Part shown: positions 1 to 8,772 of the stretch, piece by piece
Position numbering within the stretch: the stretch's first letter is position 1
How the letters are laid out: every line of letters starts with the position of its first letter
Source of the DNA: a virus
Taxonomy: Duplodnaviria; Caudoviricetes
IMG/VR virus record: IMGVR_UViG_3300005805_000323
Coordinates: 1 to 29,963 of that record
DNA length: 29,963 nucleotides
Direction: 5' to 3' (one strand)
Translations under genes and position numbers: made by a program
The notes under the pieces: model-generated
The model's input: the letters and a program-made list of their open reading frames with translations, nothing else
Told to the model about the DNA's origin: nothing
Databases searched by the model: none

Positions 1-628
1 CACCGGGAACAGCCATATGACCAGGGCCCACGCGGATATCAGCAGCAACACCTTTACGTACAACTTCATAATCCGCCCCATATGCTTGACACGTCTCGTA
101 CATAATGTTAGCAAACACAACCTTCAATGCCAACCCAGCATTCTGATGCAACTTAATCAATGCACTTTCTTCTAATGTACAGAAGTGCCACATTTCCTCG
201 TGCCCATAACCATTATCTACTAACCACTTTCCAAAAGGAACAGTCAGCTTACGATTACCACCCAACACAAGAATCCATGGCTTATCAAGATAAACATCGT
301 CACCCTGCTTCATAAACTCAGGGAAGTGAATAATGTTGAGGTGGGGGTATTGTAAAGCCCAGCTTGATAGAAACACAGGAGCAACTGTACATCTAATAGC
401 AATTGTACCAGTAAATTTTACTTCACTTAGTGTATGGAGACATTCTGTAATAGCTTCATGATCATACGGACCACTGTTTAGTGACGACACACATATGATA
501 GCTGTATCATATTTCGCAAAGTCCTCGACAACACAACCCTTCATCGGATCGTGGAAATCGGCATTTGTTTTTAATGTAAGATCAGTTGCCATACCAACCT
601 TACCTTTACCAAAGATTACTACTTTCAT
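1..628 (-). CDS. UDP-glucose/GDP-mannose dehydrogenase family protein (3' end runs off the window; not in the ORF track)
   Basis: Manual translation from the ATG at 628, which overlaps the upstream stop as ATGA: MKVVIFGKGKVG (Rossmann GxGxVG)...IRCTV...HFPEFM...LIKLHQNAGLALKVVFAN...DIRVGPGH. These match the STV, PEF, KxxxN and DxRIG motifs of the family. The frame is open to position 1. Confidence 0.8.
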   Translation of the reverse strand, partial: MKVVIFGKGKVGMATDLTLKTNADFHDPMKGCVVEDFAKYDTAIICVSSLNSGPYDHEAITECLHTLSEVKFTGTIAIRCTVAPVFLSSWALQYPHLNIIHFPEFMKQGDDVYLDKPWILVLGGNRKLTVPFGKWLVDNGYGHEEMWHFCTLEESALIKLHQNAGLALKVVFANIMYETCQAYGADYEVVRKGVAADIRVGPGHMAVPG

Positions 629-1146
629 TCCACAAAGTCCTTTTGATTACGTTTTGCCTGTCTTTCCAATTGTTTCTTTTTTCGCATAGCACGTTCAAGA
701 TGAGCCTTATTAGCTTTTTGAGTATACAACATACCATCAAGATAGTCAAGCTGATGCATGAAGTACCGAGCAGTCATCCCGTCAAAGATCTCGGTCTTAA
801 CTTCACCGTTTGGTTGTGCATACCGTACCTTAATCTTCTTCGGTCTTTTAACAGGAACAACAAGATGTTCATGTGTCATACTCATTTCATCTAGTATGAT
901 TTCTTCTGAAGATCTATCAACAATTTTGGGATTGAAGCAAACAATACCAGGTGTGGTTCTCAAGGCAAACACACGATATGGCAATCCTACTTGTGGAGCA
1001 GACAGACCCAGGTACTTTGAAGACATTAATGTCTCATATAAGTCTTTTGCTAGTTGGATAGGATCTGTTTGCGGTTGATGGAACAAGAATGGTTCCATTG
1101 TTTGACGAAGGATATCACTGTCAGGCTTCACATGCTTTAGAATCAT
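625..1146 (-). CDS. def: peptide deformylase homologue with degenerate active site
   Basis: GLSAPQVG, FNPKI, VKRPKKIKVRY and ARYFMHQLDYLDG give the PDF fold. EGCLS reads EMSMT and HExxH reads HQLDY. Confidence 0.85.
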   Translation of the reverse strand: MILKHVKPDSDILRQTMEPFLFHQPQTDPIQLAKDLYETLMSSKYLGLSAPQVGLPYRVFALRTTPGIVCFNPKIVDRSSEEIILDEMSMTHEHLVVPVKRPKKIKVRYAQPNGEVKTEIFDGMTARYFMHQLDYLDGMLYTQKANKAHLERAMRKKKQLERQAKRNQKDFVE

Positions 1147-2858
1147 AACTCAACCATCCTGCTAAAATTCTTTTGTTTCTCAAACTTGAGCACTCGCTCA
1201 AACTTATCTAGATATGCATCTGTCTTATGAGATATGACAAACACATTACTTCCTTCTGTTATAGTTTGAAGGATCTTCAACAACTCTTCATTACCCTGTG
1301 CATCCAATGATCCATCAAACACTTCATCAAGTATCAATAGATTGGTACTCGCACTATTTCTTAGCTTAGCAATTGCACGCCATGTAAACAATAAAGCTAA
1401 GTCTATACGTGACTTCTCACCCTCACTAAACGAAGCATAACTAAACTCATCTCTGAACCTCGACTTTATTGTCTCTTCAAAGTTTTCGTTCAACTCAAAG
1501 TTAACAAAGAAGTCCATGCTAGCCAGATACTTATTAATCAGTTTGTTAATTATAGGTACATACTGACGAATAATTTTTGTCTTAATACCAGCATCCCTCA
1601 ACAGTAAACCAGCAACATCTAATACCGCCTTATCGTTAATCAAATCTTGCTTTGTCTGCTCAAGCTTCTTAAACGCTGCCTTCAGTTCTTTCAATCTATC
1701 ATTGTTGACCTCAAACTGACGTGTCTCCGTAAGACGTGTCAGTTCGTTTCTTATGGCTGTAACGAATTGCTCGAGTTGATTGACTTTAATTTGATACGTA
1801 TGCGCTTCGGTTTGTTTAACAGATATGTCAGCGAGTATACCATTGATTGTGGATAGTCTGGTATTGTAACGATCCAGTTCTTCAGCAATCTTTTGTTCAC
1901 CTTGTTCAATTTCAGCAAGTTTATTATTGCTTTCTTCAATGATCTTGGTCCGGTGTTCATCGGCAATTCCTTGACGACAAGCTGGACAGTCGTGATTGGC
2001 AGAAAAGAATTCGGTCTCTTTACGTATCGAATCGCTCCTGTTACGAATTTGTCTTGCGAGCGCGCCAAGCTTCTCCACTTTGGCCCGTACCTTGTTTTGA
2101 TCTTCAATACTACTTGATAGTGTGGTGATCTCAGACAGTAGTTTGGTCGCTTGTTCGTTTGCATCGTTTACCTGTTTTACATAACCACTCATTTGAGCTT
2201 GCTTCTGCTTGATCAACTCATCGGTGTTTTGCTGAAGTGTTGCAAGATGTGCCTGCTCGAGTTCAATCTTGTCTTCGGTGCCCTTGATTGTGTAATCTAT
2301 ATCAAGAAGACCAGACTTGTTGTTTGCTATTCTTTCTTTGAGCAACGTGTTCATCGTTGTAAACACTTGAATATCTAGTAGGTCCTCGATCACTTCTCTA
2401 CGAGGTTGTGCAGCCAGCTGCATAAAAGGAATAAACGATGCACTACCCAATACAACTACCTGCGAGAAAGTCTTATGGCTCAGTTTGAGGATCTGCTTGT
2501 CTAGTACCTCTTGATAGTCAGTAGCAGCCGCATCCTGACTAATCATTACTCCATCCATAAGGATCTCAAACACATTAGGTTTTGATCCACGACGTACCAG
2601 ATAATTCTTACTACCTACACCAAACTCACACTCAACTAACAACCCTTTATTATTGATAGAGTTAATAAGCTGACCTTTGTTTACTTTACGAAATGGTTTT
2701 CCATAAAGCACAAAAGAGAGAGCATCCAGTATAGTTGATTTACCTGCGCCATTTTCACCCACTACCAATGTATGATTATGAGTGTTGAGAGATATCTCTG
2801 TAAATGTATTTCCGGTACTTAATAGGTTCTTCCAACGAAGCTTCTTAAATAAAATCAC
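1143..2858 (-). CDS. gp46: recombination endonuclease subunit, Rad50/SbcC-like ATPase (T4 gp46)
   Basis: Walker A GENGAGKST, coiled coil with CPAC zinc hook, FSEGE signature, LILDE Walker B; adjacent to gp47. Confidence 0.95.
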   Translation of the reverse strand: MILFKKLRWKNLLSTGNTFTEISLNTHNHTLVVGENGAGKSTILDALSFVLYGKPFRKVNKGQLINSINNKGLLVECEFGVGSKNYLVRRGSKPNVFEILMDGVMISQDAAATDYQEVLDKQILKLSHKTFSQVVVLGSASFIPFMQLAAQPRREVIEDLLDIQVFTTMNTLLKERIANNKSGLLDIDYTIKGTEDKIELEQAHLATLQQNTDELIKQKQAQMSGYVKQVNDANEQATKLLSEITTLSSSIEDQNKVRAKVEKLGALARQIRNRSDSIRKETEFFSANHDCPACRQGIADEHRTKIIEESNNKLAEIEQGEQKIAEELDRYNTRLSTINGILADISVKQTEAHTYQIKVNQLEQFVTAIRNELTRLTETRQFEVNNDRLKELKAAFKKLEQTKQDLINDKAVLDVAGLLLRDAGIKTKIIRQYVPIINKLINKYLASMDFFVNFELNENFEETIKSRFRDEFSYASFSEGEKSRIDLALLFTWRAIAKLRNSASTNLLILDEVFDGSLDAQGNEELLKILQTITEGSNVFVISHKTDAYLDKFERVLKFEKQKNFSRMVEL

Positions 2859-2862
2859 CCAG

Positions 2863-3921
2863 TCACTCCACAGTCAATGCTTCCTGATATAGGGACAGCA
2901 TTAATAATTCTAGTTTTTGTTTATCAACAACATTGTCTAGTTGCCGGACATACTTGGTAAGGATTGTTCGTGTATCTTCAGCTTCTGAAACAATGTCATC
3001 ATCATTAACAACATCCATGTGAAAATGATCATCGACCACCTGCACATTATATACACCCGCTTTTTCTAACTTGTCAACAAACATATCAAAGCAATAAGGA
3101 TTTGTTTTGTTACGAACAATTAACTTAACAAATGTTTCATTATACTGATTGAAATCGATATTGACAACCTCACTTGGTTGCTTATCCATATCATCGTAGT
3201 GGATCTTATGAAACATCTTGTACGGATTTGTTACAAACTCAATCTCTCTCGTATCTGTATCAAACACATGAAAACCTTTAGGATCGTCATAATCAGACCA
3301 TGTCATTTCATATGGCGTACCAAGGTAGTGAATATTGCCTACCTTCGATTGATGATGAAAGTGACCTGACCACACACTCTCAAAGTTTTTAAACACCTCT
3401 TTTGTTAATCCACCTTGATGTATAGATCCCTTGTACATCTCGAACCCATCAATCTCAAAATGACCAATTACATGTGTTGCATTTGTCGAGCTTAATGTGT
3501 CCCGGATATGTTGATCATTATCTTCGCACCACCACGGTACGAGAACAAATTTAACATCTTCAAACTCAACCTCCATACAATCGTTAACAGCAGTAATATT
3601 ATGATAGCTGTCTAACAAGAGGTCAAGAGAATTTACATTGTTTGTATTTTTGTAGTACGTGTCATGGTTACCAACAAGCATCCATGTTGAATAGTCTCTA
3701 TTCAATCTATCAAACAAATACTCACGACTTTGTTTTAAAGAGTTAAAGTTAACATACTTCCTTCTATCAAAAACATCACCTAATTGTACCACATGGAGTA
3801 TATTGTGCTTTTCGAGATAAGGAAAAAACACGTCATTATAAAATTTGGCAAAGTGTTTATGAAATGCGGGGTTATCGTTTCTTGCCCCAATATGAACATC
3901 ACCTAGCAACGCTATCTTCAT
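2863..3921 (-). CDS. gp47: recombination endonuclease subunit, Mre11/SbcD-like nuclease (T4 gp47)
   Basis: Metallophosphoesterase motifs GDVH, LGDVFDRR, GNHD and GHFH. Start moved to MKIALLGD at 3921. Confidence 0.95.
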   Translation of the reverse strand: MKIALLGDVHIGARNDNPAFHKHFAKFYNDVFFPYLEKHNILHVVQLGDVFDRRKYVNFNSLKQSREYLFDRLNRDYSTWMLVGNHDTYYKNTNNVNSLDLLLDSYHNITAVNDCMEVEFEDVKFVLVPWWCEDNDQHIRDTLSSTNATHVIGHFEIDGFEMYKGSIHQGGLTKEVFKNFESVWSGHFHHQSKVGNIHYLGTPYEMTWSDYDDPKGFHVFDTDTREIEFVTNPYKMFHKIHYDDMDKQPSEVVNIDFNQYNETFVKLIVRNKTNPYCFDMFVDKLEKAGVYNVQVVDDHFHMDVVNDDDIVSEAEDTRTILTKYVRQLDNVVDKQKLELLMLSLYQEALTVE

Positions 3922-4456
3922 TGGGTACCTCTTCATCGATAAACAACTCAACACCCTTTTTACGTTTCACTTTCTTTTTGTCTATATTATCTTCAAACGC
4001 TTTAATGAAGTCAGAGATATTCTCACTATCAAATTCAAATGAAGGTGTGAAATCATCATCATCCATTTGATCAACAAGCTCATTAAACAACATACTATTC
4101 TCTGTCGATTTGTGCTTAATATAGACTTGCTTCTTTTCCTTTTGGATTCTTCTTAGAAAGGCATAGTAGATGATTTGAGTAAAGTAGGCAAATGGATTAT
4201 CAGACTTAGAAGGATCGAAATTATCAAAGTAGCTAATGCAATTCTCAATGCCATCGCTTATCATCTCCTCTTTGTACGAATAATTAATAAAGTTTGGCTT
4301 TGTTGCTAACCTCTGCGCAATCAACAATATGCACTCACCGACATAGTTAGGAATCTGTGGTTTTGGTTGATCGTTTTGTTTTGCAGCTTGTACATCAGCT
4401 TTGTACTGTATAATTACTGCATAAAGTTGTTTGTTGTCTACGTAATGTGCTACCAT
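3899..4456 (-). CDS. gp55: late-transcription sigma factor (T4 gp55)
   Basis: HYVDNK, NFINYSYKEEMISDGIENC and NPFAYFTQIIYYAFLRRIQKEK are typical gp55 motifs. Confidence 0.95.
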   Translation of the reverse strand: MVAHYVDNKQLYAVIIQYKADVQAAKQNDQPKPQIPNYVGECILLIAQRLATKPNFINYSYKEEMISDGIENCISYFDNFDPSKSDNPFAYFTQIIYYAFLRRIQKEKKQVYIKHKSTENSMLFNELVDQMDDDDFTPSFEFDSENISDFIKAFEDNIDKKKVKRKKGVELFIDEEVPNEDSVAR

Positions 4457-4457
4457 A

Positions 4458-4844
4458 TTAATTTGCTGTTACCTTATCCACAGGCATCATCTCCAGTATC
4501 TTTTTCAATGCTTGATCCTTTTCTACATTGGAGAGTGACGACTCTAACTCGCTATCTACACTCTGTTGTAGCTTTCCATAGTAATCTTCAACACTATCCA
4601 CATAGAAGTCTGCAAATGCCTTACGGGCTTCTGTAACAACCATTACATGAGATTGTTTTATGGTAATACTTTCCGACGAGGCAAACATCATATAACGTGA
4701 GAAAGAAACGCTTGGAATACCACCAAAAAAATATTTGTAATGTATATTCAAAGGCTTGTTAACCACAAGATGAACAGAATCATCCCATTTAACATTTCCA
4801 ACAATCTCCGTACCGTCAGAAAGCTTAACTAGACTAATAGTCAT
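4458..4844 (-). CDS. hypothetical protein between uvsW and gp55
   Basis: Tightly packed ORF with an ATGA overlap with uvsW. N-terminus LVKLSDGTEIVG suggests a small beta-barrel. Confidence 0.7.
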   Translation of the reverse strand: MTISLVKLSDGTEIVGNVKWDDSVHLVVNKPLNIHYKYFFGGIPSVSFSRYMMFASSESITIKQSHVMVVTEARKAFADFYVDSVEDYYGKLQQSVDSELESSLSNVEKDQALKKILEMMPVDKVTAN

Positions 4845-6307
4845 ACACCTACCTTTAGATTAATTGTGTATATGTTGTAATCAAACTTTTCTTGATTATA
4901 CATCTGTATCCTTTCAGTAAAGTGTCTGTTTGAATGATTCTTGTAGGACTTCCATGATATGTCATCCGCAACATCATACAACTTTGCACTACTCTTATCA
5001 GCACTCAGTCTTAGTGCTCTACCAATCGATTGAAGAACGCGAATACGTGATTTACTTGGACTTCCAAACACTACATTTTCCAAACTAGGAATATTAATCC
5101 CTGTTGAGAACGTTTTGTATGAGGCTACTATGATAACATCCGTATTCTCTTCTGCATACTTCCGAACCGCTTCCCTCTCCTCACCTTCAACCATACCATA
5201 CACTAAGAATACGCTACGGTTTGGGTTTGATTCTTTTATTGCATTGTAGAGGAGTTTACCATGTTCTACAAAATTAAACAACAGCAATGTGTTATTTTTC
5301 AAAGAAGAAACTAGATTAACTAAAAACTTGTTGCGTGCTTTTGACCCTACAATGTAGCGAATCTCGTCTTTATATTCAGGCTTTGTCTTAGCAAACATTT
5401 GACGAACAGCATCATCATAACTAAGCACTATTGATTTAATATTTAGCTGAGATACCTTGTTTGTAGACATCAACTCCGCTGTTGTTGTTACTTGCTCAAC
5501 AGATCCAAACAACCCTTCTAAAACTAGCTTGTTGGTAGTGGTACCATCCAATGTTCCTGTAAATCCAAAGCGGTACTGACACGATGTCATCTTCTCCATA
5601 ATATCAACAAGGCTCTTTGCTTTAAATTGGTGAGCTTCATCACCTATTACAACACCATACTGCTTAAACCATGCAGCCGGCTGCTGATACACACTTTGCC
5701 ATGTTGTTATCGTAATATACGCTGATGTATCCTTATCTTGACCACCATATATCTTGTAGATCAAATCGCTCGGGCATCCATATGACTCAAAGTCAGAAGC
5801 CATCTGATGTACAAGACCAATGGAAGGTACTATAAGCAGTATTTTATGTTGTATGAAGAAGGTAGTAATTAGATAGATTATTAATGACTTACCTGATGCT
5901 GTTGGAGATAGGAATAGAGCTCTCTTTTTACGAACGGCGTGTATAAATGAACTTAACTGATAGTCCCTTGGTTCAAATGGCAGCTCAAGAGTCTCAATAA
6001 ACTCTAACGCCTCTGCTTCAGAGAATACTTCTTCTGCAAAGTGGTTCGGGTTTTCTATTTCTACCTCATAACCTCTTTCTGCAGCAAACTTTCTTACCTC
6101 TGGTAGCAATCCAACGTACAGTGTTCCACGCATCAAATGAAACAGGCGTATTTTTCCATCCCACAATTTGTTCTTGTAAGCTGGTGAAAATTTTGCACCT
6201 GGTACGTTGAAAGTAAAGTATTCGCTTATTTCAAACGAGATACCGCTATCACATTCAATCTTTAAGTGTACATCATTTAGTTTTCGTATACGGAGTATTT
6301 CCGTCAT
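4841..6307 (-). CDS. uvsW: SF2 DNA/RNA helicase UvsW
   Basis: PRDYQ, SPTASGKS, DEAH, GFTGT and QSIGRALR motifs; follows uvsY. Confidence 0.95.
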   Translation of the reverse strand: MTEILRIRKLNDVHLKIECDSGISFEISEYFTFNVPGAKFSPAYKNKLWDGKIRLFHLMRGTLYVGLLPEVRKFAAERGYEVEIENPNHFAEEVFSEAEALEFIETLELPFEPRDYQLSSFIHAVRKKRALFLSPTASGKSLIIYLITTFFIQHKILLIVPSIGLVHQMASDFESYGCPSDLIYKIYGGQDKDTSAYITITTWQSVYQQPAAWFKQYGVVIGDEAHQFKAKSLVDIMEKMTSCQYRFGFTGTLDGTTTNKLVLEGLFGSVEQVTTTAELMSTNKVSQLNIKSIVLSYDDAVRQMFAKTKPEYKDEIRYIVGSKARNKFLVNLVSSLKNNTLLLFNFVEHGKLLYNAIKESNPNRSVFLVYGMVEGEEREAVRKYAEENTDVIIVASYKTFSTGINIPSLENVVFGSPSKSRIRVLQSIGRALRLSADKSSAKLYDVADDISWKSYKNHSNRHFTERIQMYNQEKFDYNIYTINLKVGV

Positions 6308-6738
6308 CCACCCACCTTAAAACGTTCCCAGTCAATTACATTCTTTATCAAGTAGCCTCTATTACTGATGGTCTTAATAGCAGACTCAAGAAAAGAAATC
6401 TTTTGCTTTTGTATATCTATCTTAGCTTGAATACGCTGGAGATCTTGATCTGCGTCTGTGTAAATGGTAAGATCTTGTTTGAGAATTTTTAACCCGTTTG
6501 GTTTCCAATTCATTTCTGTCAACGTCTCTTCATCAAGCACACCCATATAATACTCATACTTGAGTTTGTACATGGATTTGTAGTCTTGCTCGAGCTTCTT
6601 AAAGAGAAGACTTTCTTCTACAAACAACTTATAATACTTGTGATGCAGCAAAGGGATCTTTAAGCTTTCGTCCCCCAACTCTGTCTTATCCATTTTTGAA
6701 TCTTGTTCCCACATCATCATAATATCTTCGAACTTCAT
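6304..6738 (-). CDS. uvsY: recombination mediator UvsY
   Basis: ESLKIPLLHHKYY, YYMG and RGYLIKNVIDWERF motifs; position between gp3 and uvsW. Confidence 0.9.
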   Translation of the reverse strand: MKFEDIMMMWEQDSKMDKTELGDESLKIPLLHHKYYKLFVEESLLFKKLEQDYKSMYKLKYEYYMGVLDEETLTEMNWKPNGLKILKQDLTIYTDADQDLQRIQAKIDIQKQKISFLESAIKTISNRGYLIKNVIDWERFKVGG

Positions 6739-6739
6739 T

Positions 6740-7264
6740 TTACGGTAATTGCCTTATATCAAATCTTCGGTTTGCAAACGTTACTGTAGCTGTTAGGTAT
6801 TCCACATCAGCAGATGTACTATCAAACGAAAGCTCTGAAAGGTCAACAGGGAAGCAGTCAATGAAGTTAATTTCAAGGTTAGGATTCATTGCGCTTGTAA
6901 GGACAAGCAGTGTGACGTCAGAGAATACACCTTCTCCTGAATATATTGACTTTGAAGCAATGCTTTGATACTGAGCAAAGTTGTCAGGAAAACCAAGCTC
7001 CTTCATCCAATTGAACATTTCAAGGTAATTTTTCATATCCTCATCGACCTTGAATGTCACAGAAAGATTTCCAAACGTCAGCTTTGTACCTGGAAATGGA
7101 ATCTTTGTGAATGGTGTTTCAACATCCGCTGTTCCTAACGATACGCCTGGCAGAGACACACTCTGCACAAAGAAATTCATGTTGGGTGTCCTCTTTATCG
7201 TCATCTTGAAACCAAGAGGTGATAAAAAGGATGGATTGGTAGGTTGATTGTCTATAGCACTCAT
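6740..7264 (-). CDS. gp3: tail completion / tail tube terminator (T4 gp3-like)
   Basis: FLSPLGF, FFVQSVSLPG, FKVDEDMKNY and FIDCFPVDLS give a gp19-like fold; follows gp23. Start taken at MSAID (7264); 7279 is the alternative. Confidence 0.85.
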   Translation of the reverse strand: MSAIDNQPTNPSFLSPLGFKMTIKRTPNMNFFVQSVSLPGVSLGTADVETPFTKIPFPGTKLTFGNLSVTFKVDEDMKNYLEMFNWMKELGFPDNFAQYQSIASKSIYSGEGVFSDVTLLVLTSAMNPNLEINFIDCFPVDLSELSFDSTSADVEYLTATVTFANRRFDIRQLP

Positions 7265-7293
7265 TATCGGCATTCCCATCAGTTAGATGAAAG

Positions 7294-7301
7294 TATTTAT
7301 C
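7294..7301 (-). promoter_or_regulatory. T4-type late promoter variant (GATAAATA) upstream of gp3
   Basis: One mismatch from TATAAATA; lies just after the gp23 terminator. Confidence 0.55.
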
Positions 7302-7305
7302 CAAT

Positions 7306-7330
7306 AAAAAAGGGGACCGAAGTCCCCTTT
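7306..7330 (-). terminator. intrinsic terminator after gp23 with C(UUCG)G tetraloop
   Basis: Minus strand reads AAAGGGGAC-TTCG-GTCCCC-TTTTTT. Confidence 0.9.
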
Positions 7331-7354
7331 AAGTAGCTCTGCCTATTGTTATTA

Positions 7355-8713
7355 TTATAGCAGATTCTGAACAAGTGTACGGCGATAGTACACGTTGCTG
7401 TCCTTGATCATAGCGCCAAGGTTAGTACGTGTCAGGCCTTGTGCAAATGGGTTTGCAACCATGCCGTAACGTGTCTTGAAACCGATCTTCGGTGCGAAGC
7501 TGTCTTGGTCGACAGCACGAACCATCTGGAGCGGAACATATGGGCAGTAGAACAGACCAGCATCGAATGCGCTCGAACCCTTGTAACCGATAGTCATGTA
7601 GTTACCAGTTGCATATGGATCGATGTAAACACGCATACGGCCATTCAGAACACCAGCAAATGTATTGCCTGTGTCATCAACTTGCAGGTTGTTGCTGTTC
7701 AGAGCAGGTGTGTAATCCAGAACACCAGCCATCTGCAGAGCGGAAGCTACGTCCGAAGAGCAGATGATGATGTTGCCTTTGCCACGACGTGTGTCTTTGG
7801 CAATTTGGTTAGCTTCACGCTCGATCTGGAACATCAGACCCTTGAACTTCTCAACAGACCAACGACCGTTAGCATCAACGTCAAGATCGAAGATACCAGC
7901 AGTTGTTGTACCACTATCGCAACCACGCTTAGCAGTCACGTTGATTGTACGAACAACTTCACGGTTGATCTCAGCAAGGATCTCACCAGTCAGAATGTTC
8001 GACAGTTCTGTCTCAGCATCAAGACCATGAATTGCTTTCAGGTCTTGTGCCAATTCCATTGTGTACTCAGCCTTCAGAGCACGAGACACAGCAGTAACAG
8101 TCACTTTGTCGATTGTGAAACCCATTTGTGGGAATGCTGTATTGCTATCTGTTCCCAGAGCTTCCGCTTGAGCTGCAGACATACCTTTTGCGAAGTTGTA
8201 GACACCTTCTTCAGCAAGGTTTGCTGTGTAGGTTGTGTTACCAGGAACCGTACCAACGTGCTTGTTACCAAGTGTGTTAGCACCAGAAACAACAGTCGAG
8301 AATGCTGTGTTAACTTCGTTGTAGAATGTCTCTGCAACGTTTGCAGATGTCGTATTACCGTACTGTGAGCGCATTGCAAAGATCAGGCCAGTAGGGCCAG
8401 TCATTGGCTGCACACCGCAGATGTCGTAAGCAATCAGGTTAGGCATTGCACGACGAACCAGGCTAATCAGCACAGGGTCGAAAGTAGCAATGTTACCAGC
8501 GCCACCAGAAACACCGCTGTTGATAGGAACAGGGTTTGCTTCTGCCAGATACTGGCTACCAGGAGCCTGGCCCGATGCTTCCATCAGAGCACGCTCTGTG
8601 TTCTCGAGCAACTGAGCCACGACAGAACGCTTATGCGCCTGCTCGATCTTTGGTAGATCGTCGTGGTTTAATACAGGAGCCCACTTTTGTTGAATTTCTT
8701 CATTAAGGTACAT
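7355..8713 (-). CDS. gp23: major capsid protein (T4 gp23)
   Basis: FDPVLISLVRRAMPNLIAYDICGVQPMTGPTGLIFAMR, RALKAEYTMELAQDLKAIHGLDAE and GFKTRYG motifs. Confidence 0.98.
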   Translation of the reverse strand: MYLNEEIQQKWAPVLNHDDLPKIEQAHKRSVVAQLLENTERALMEASGQAPGSQYLAEANPVPINSGVSGGAGNIATFDPVLISLVRRAMPNLIAYDICGVQPMTGPTGLIFAMRSQYGNTTSANVAETFYNEVNTAFSTVVSGANTLGNKHVGTVPGNTTYTANLAEEGVYNFAKGMSAAQAEALGTDSNTAFPQMGFTIDKVTVTAVSRALKAEYTMELAQDLKAIHGLDAETELSNILTGEILAEINREVVRTINVTAKRGCDSGTTTAGIFDLDVDANGRWSVEKFKGLMFQIEREANQIAKDTRRGKGNIIICSSDVASALQMAGVLDYTPALNSNNLQVDDTGNTFAGVLNGRMRVYIDPYATGNYMTIGYKGSSAFDAGLFYCPYVPLQMVRAVDQDSFAPKIGFKTRYGMVANPFAQGLTRTNLGAMIKDSNVYYRRTLVQNLL

Positions 8714-8754
8714 TTTCTCTATCCCCTTCTTGGTTTAGTTAGTTGGAATGATAA

Positions 8755-8772
8755 TATTTAGATTTATTTATT
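8755..8772 (-). promoter_or_regulatory. late promoter-like boxes upstream of gp23 (AATAAATA and CTAAATA)
   Basis: Two TAAATA cores at and just after the gp22 stop codon. Confidence 0.5.

Noticed and set aside
495-1078. Plus-strand ORFs 495-689, 586-894 and 758-1078
   Set aside because: They overlap better-supported minus-strand genes (UGDH-like and def).
7439-8368. 309-aa plus-strand ORF opposite gp23
   Set aside because: Antisense shadow of a strongly codon-biased gene, with no recognisable motifs.
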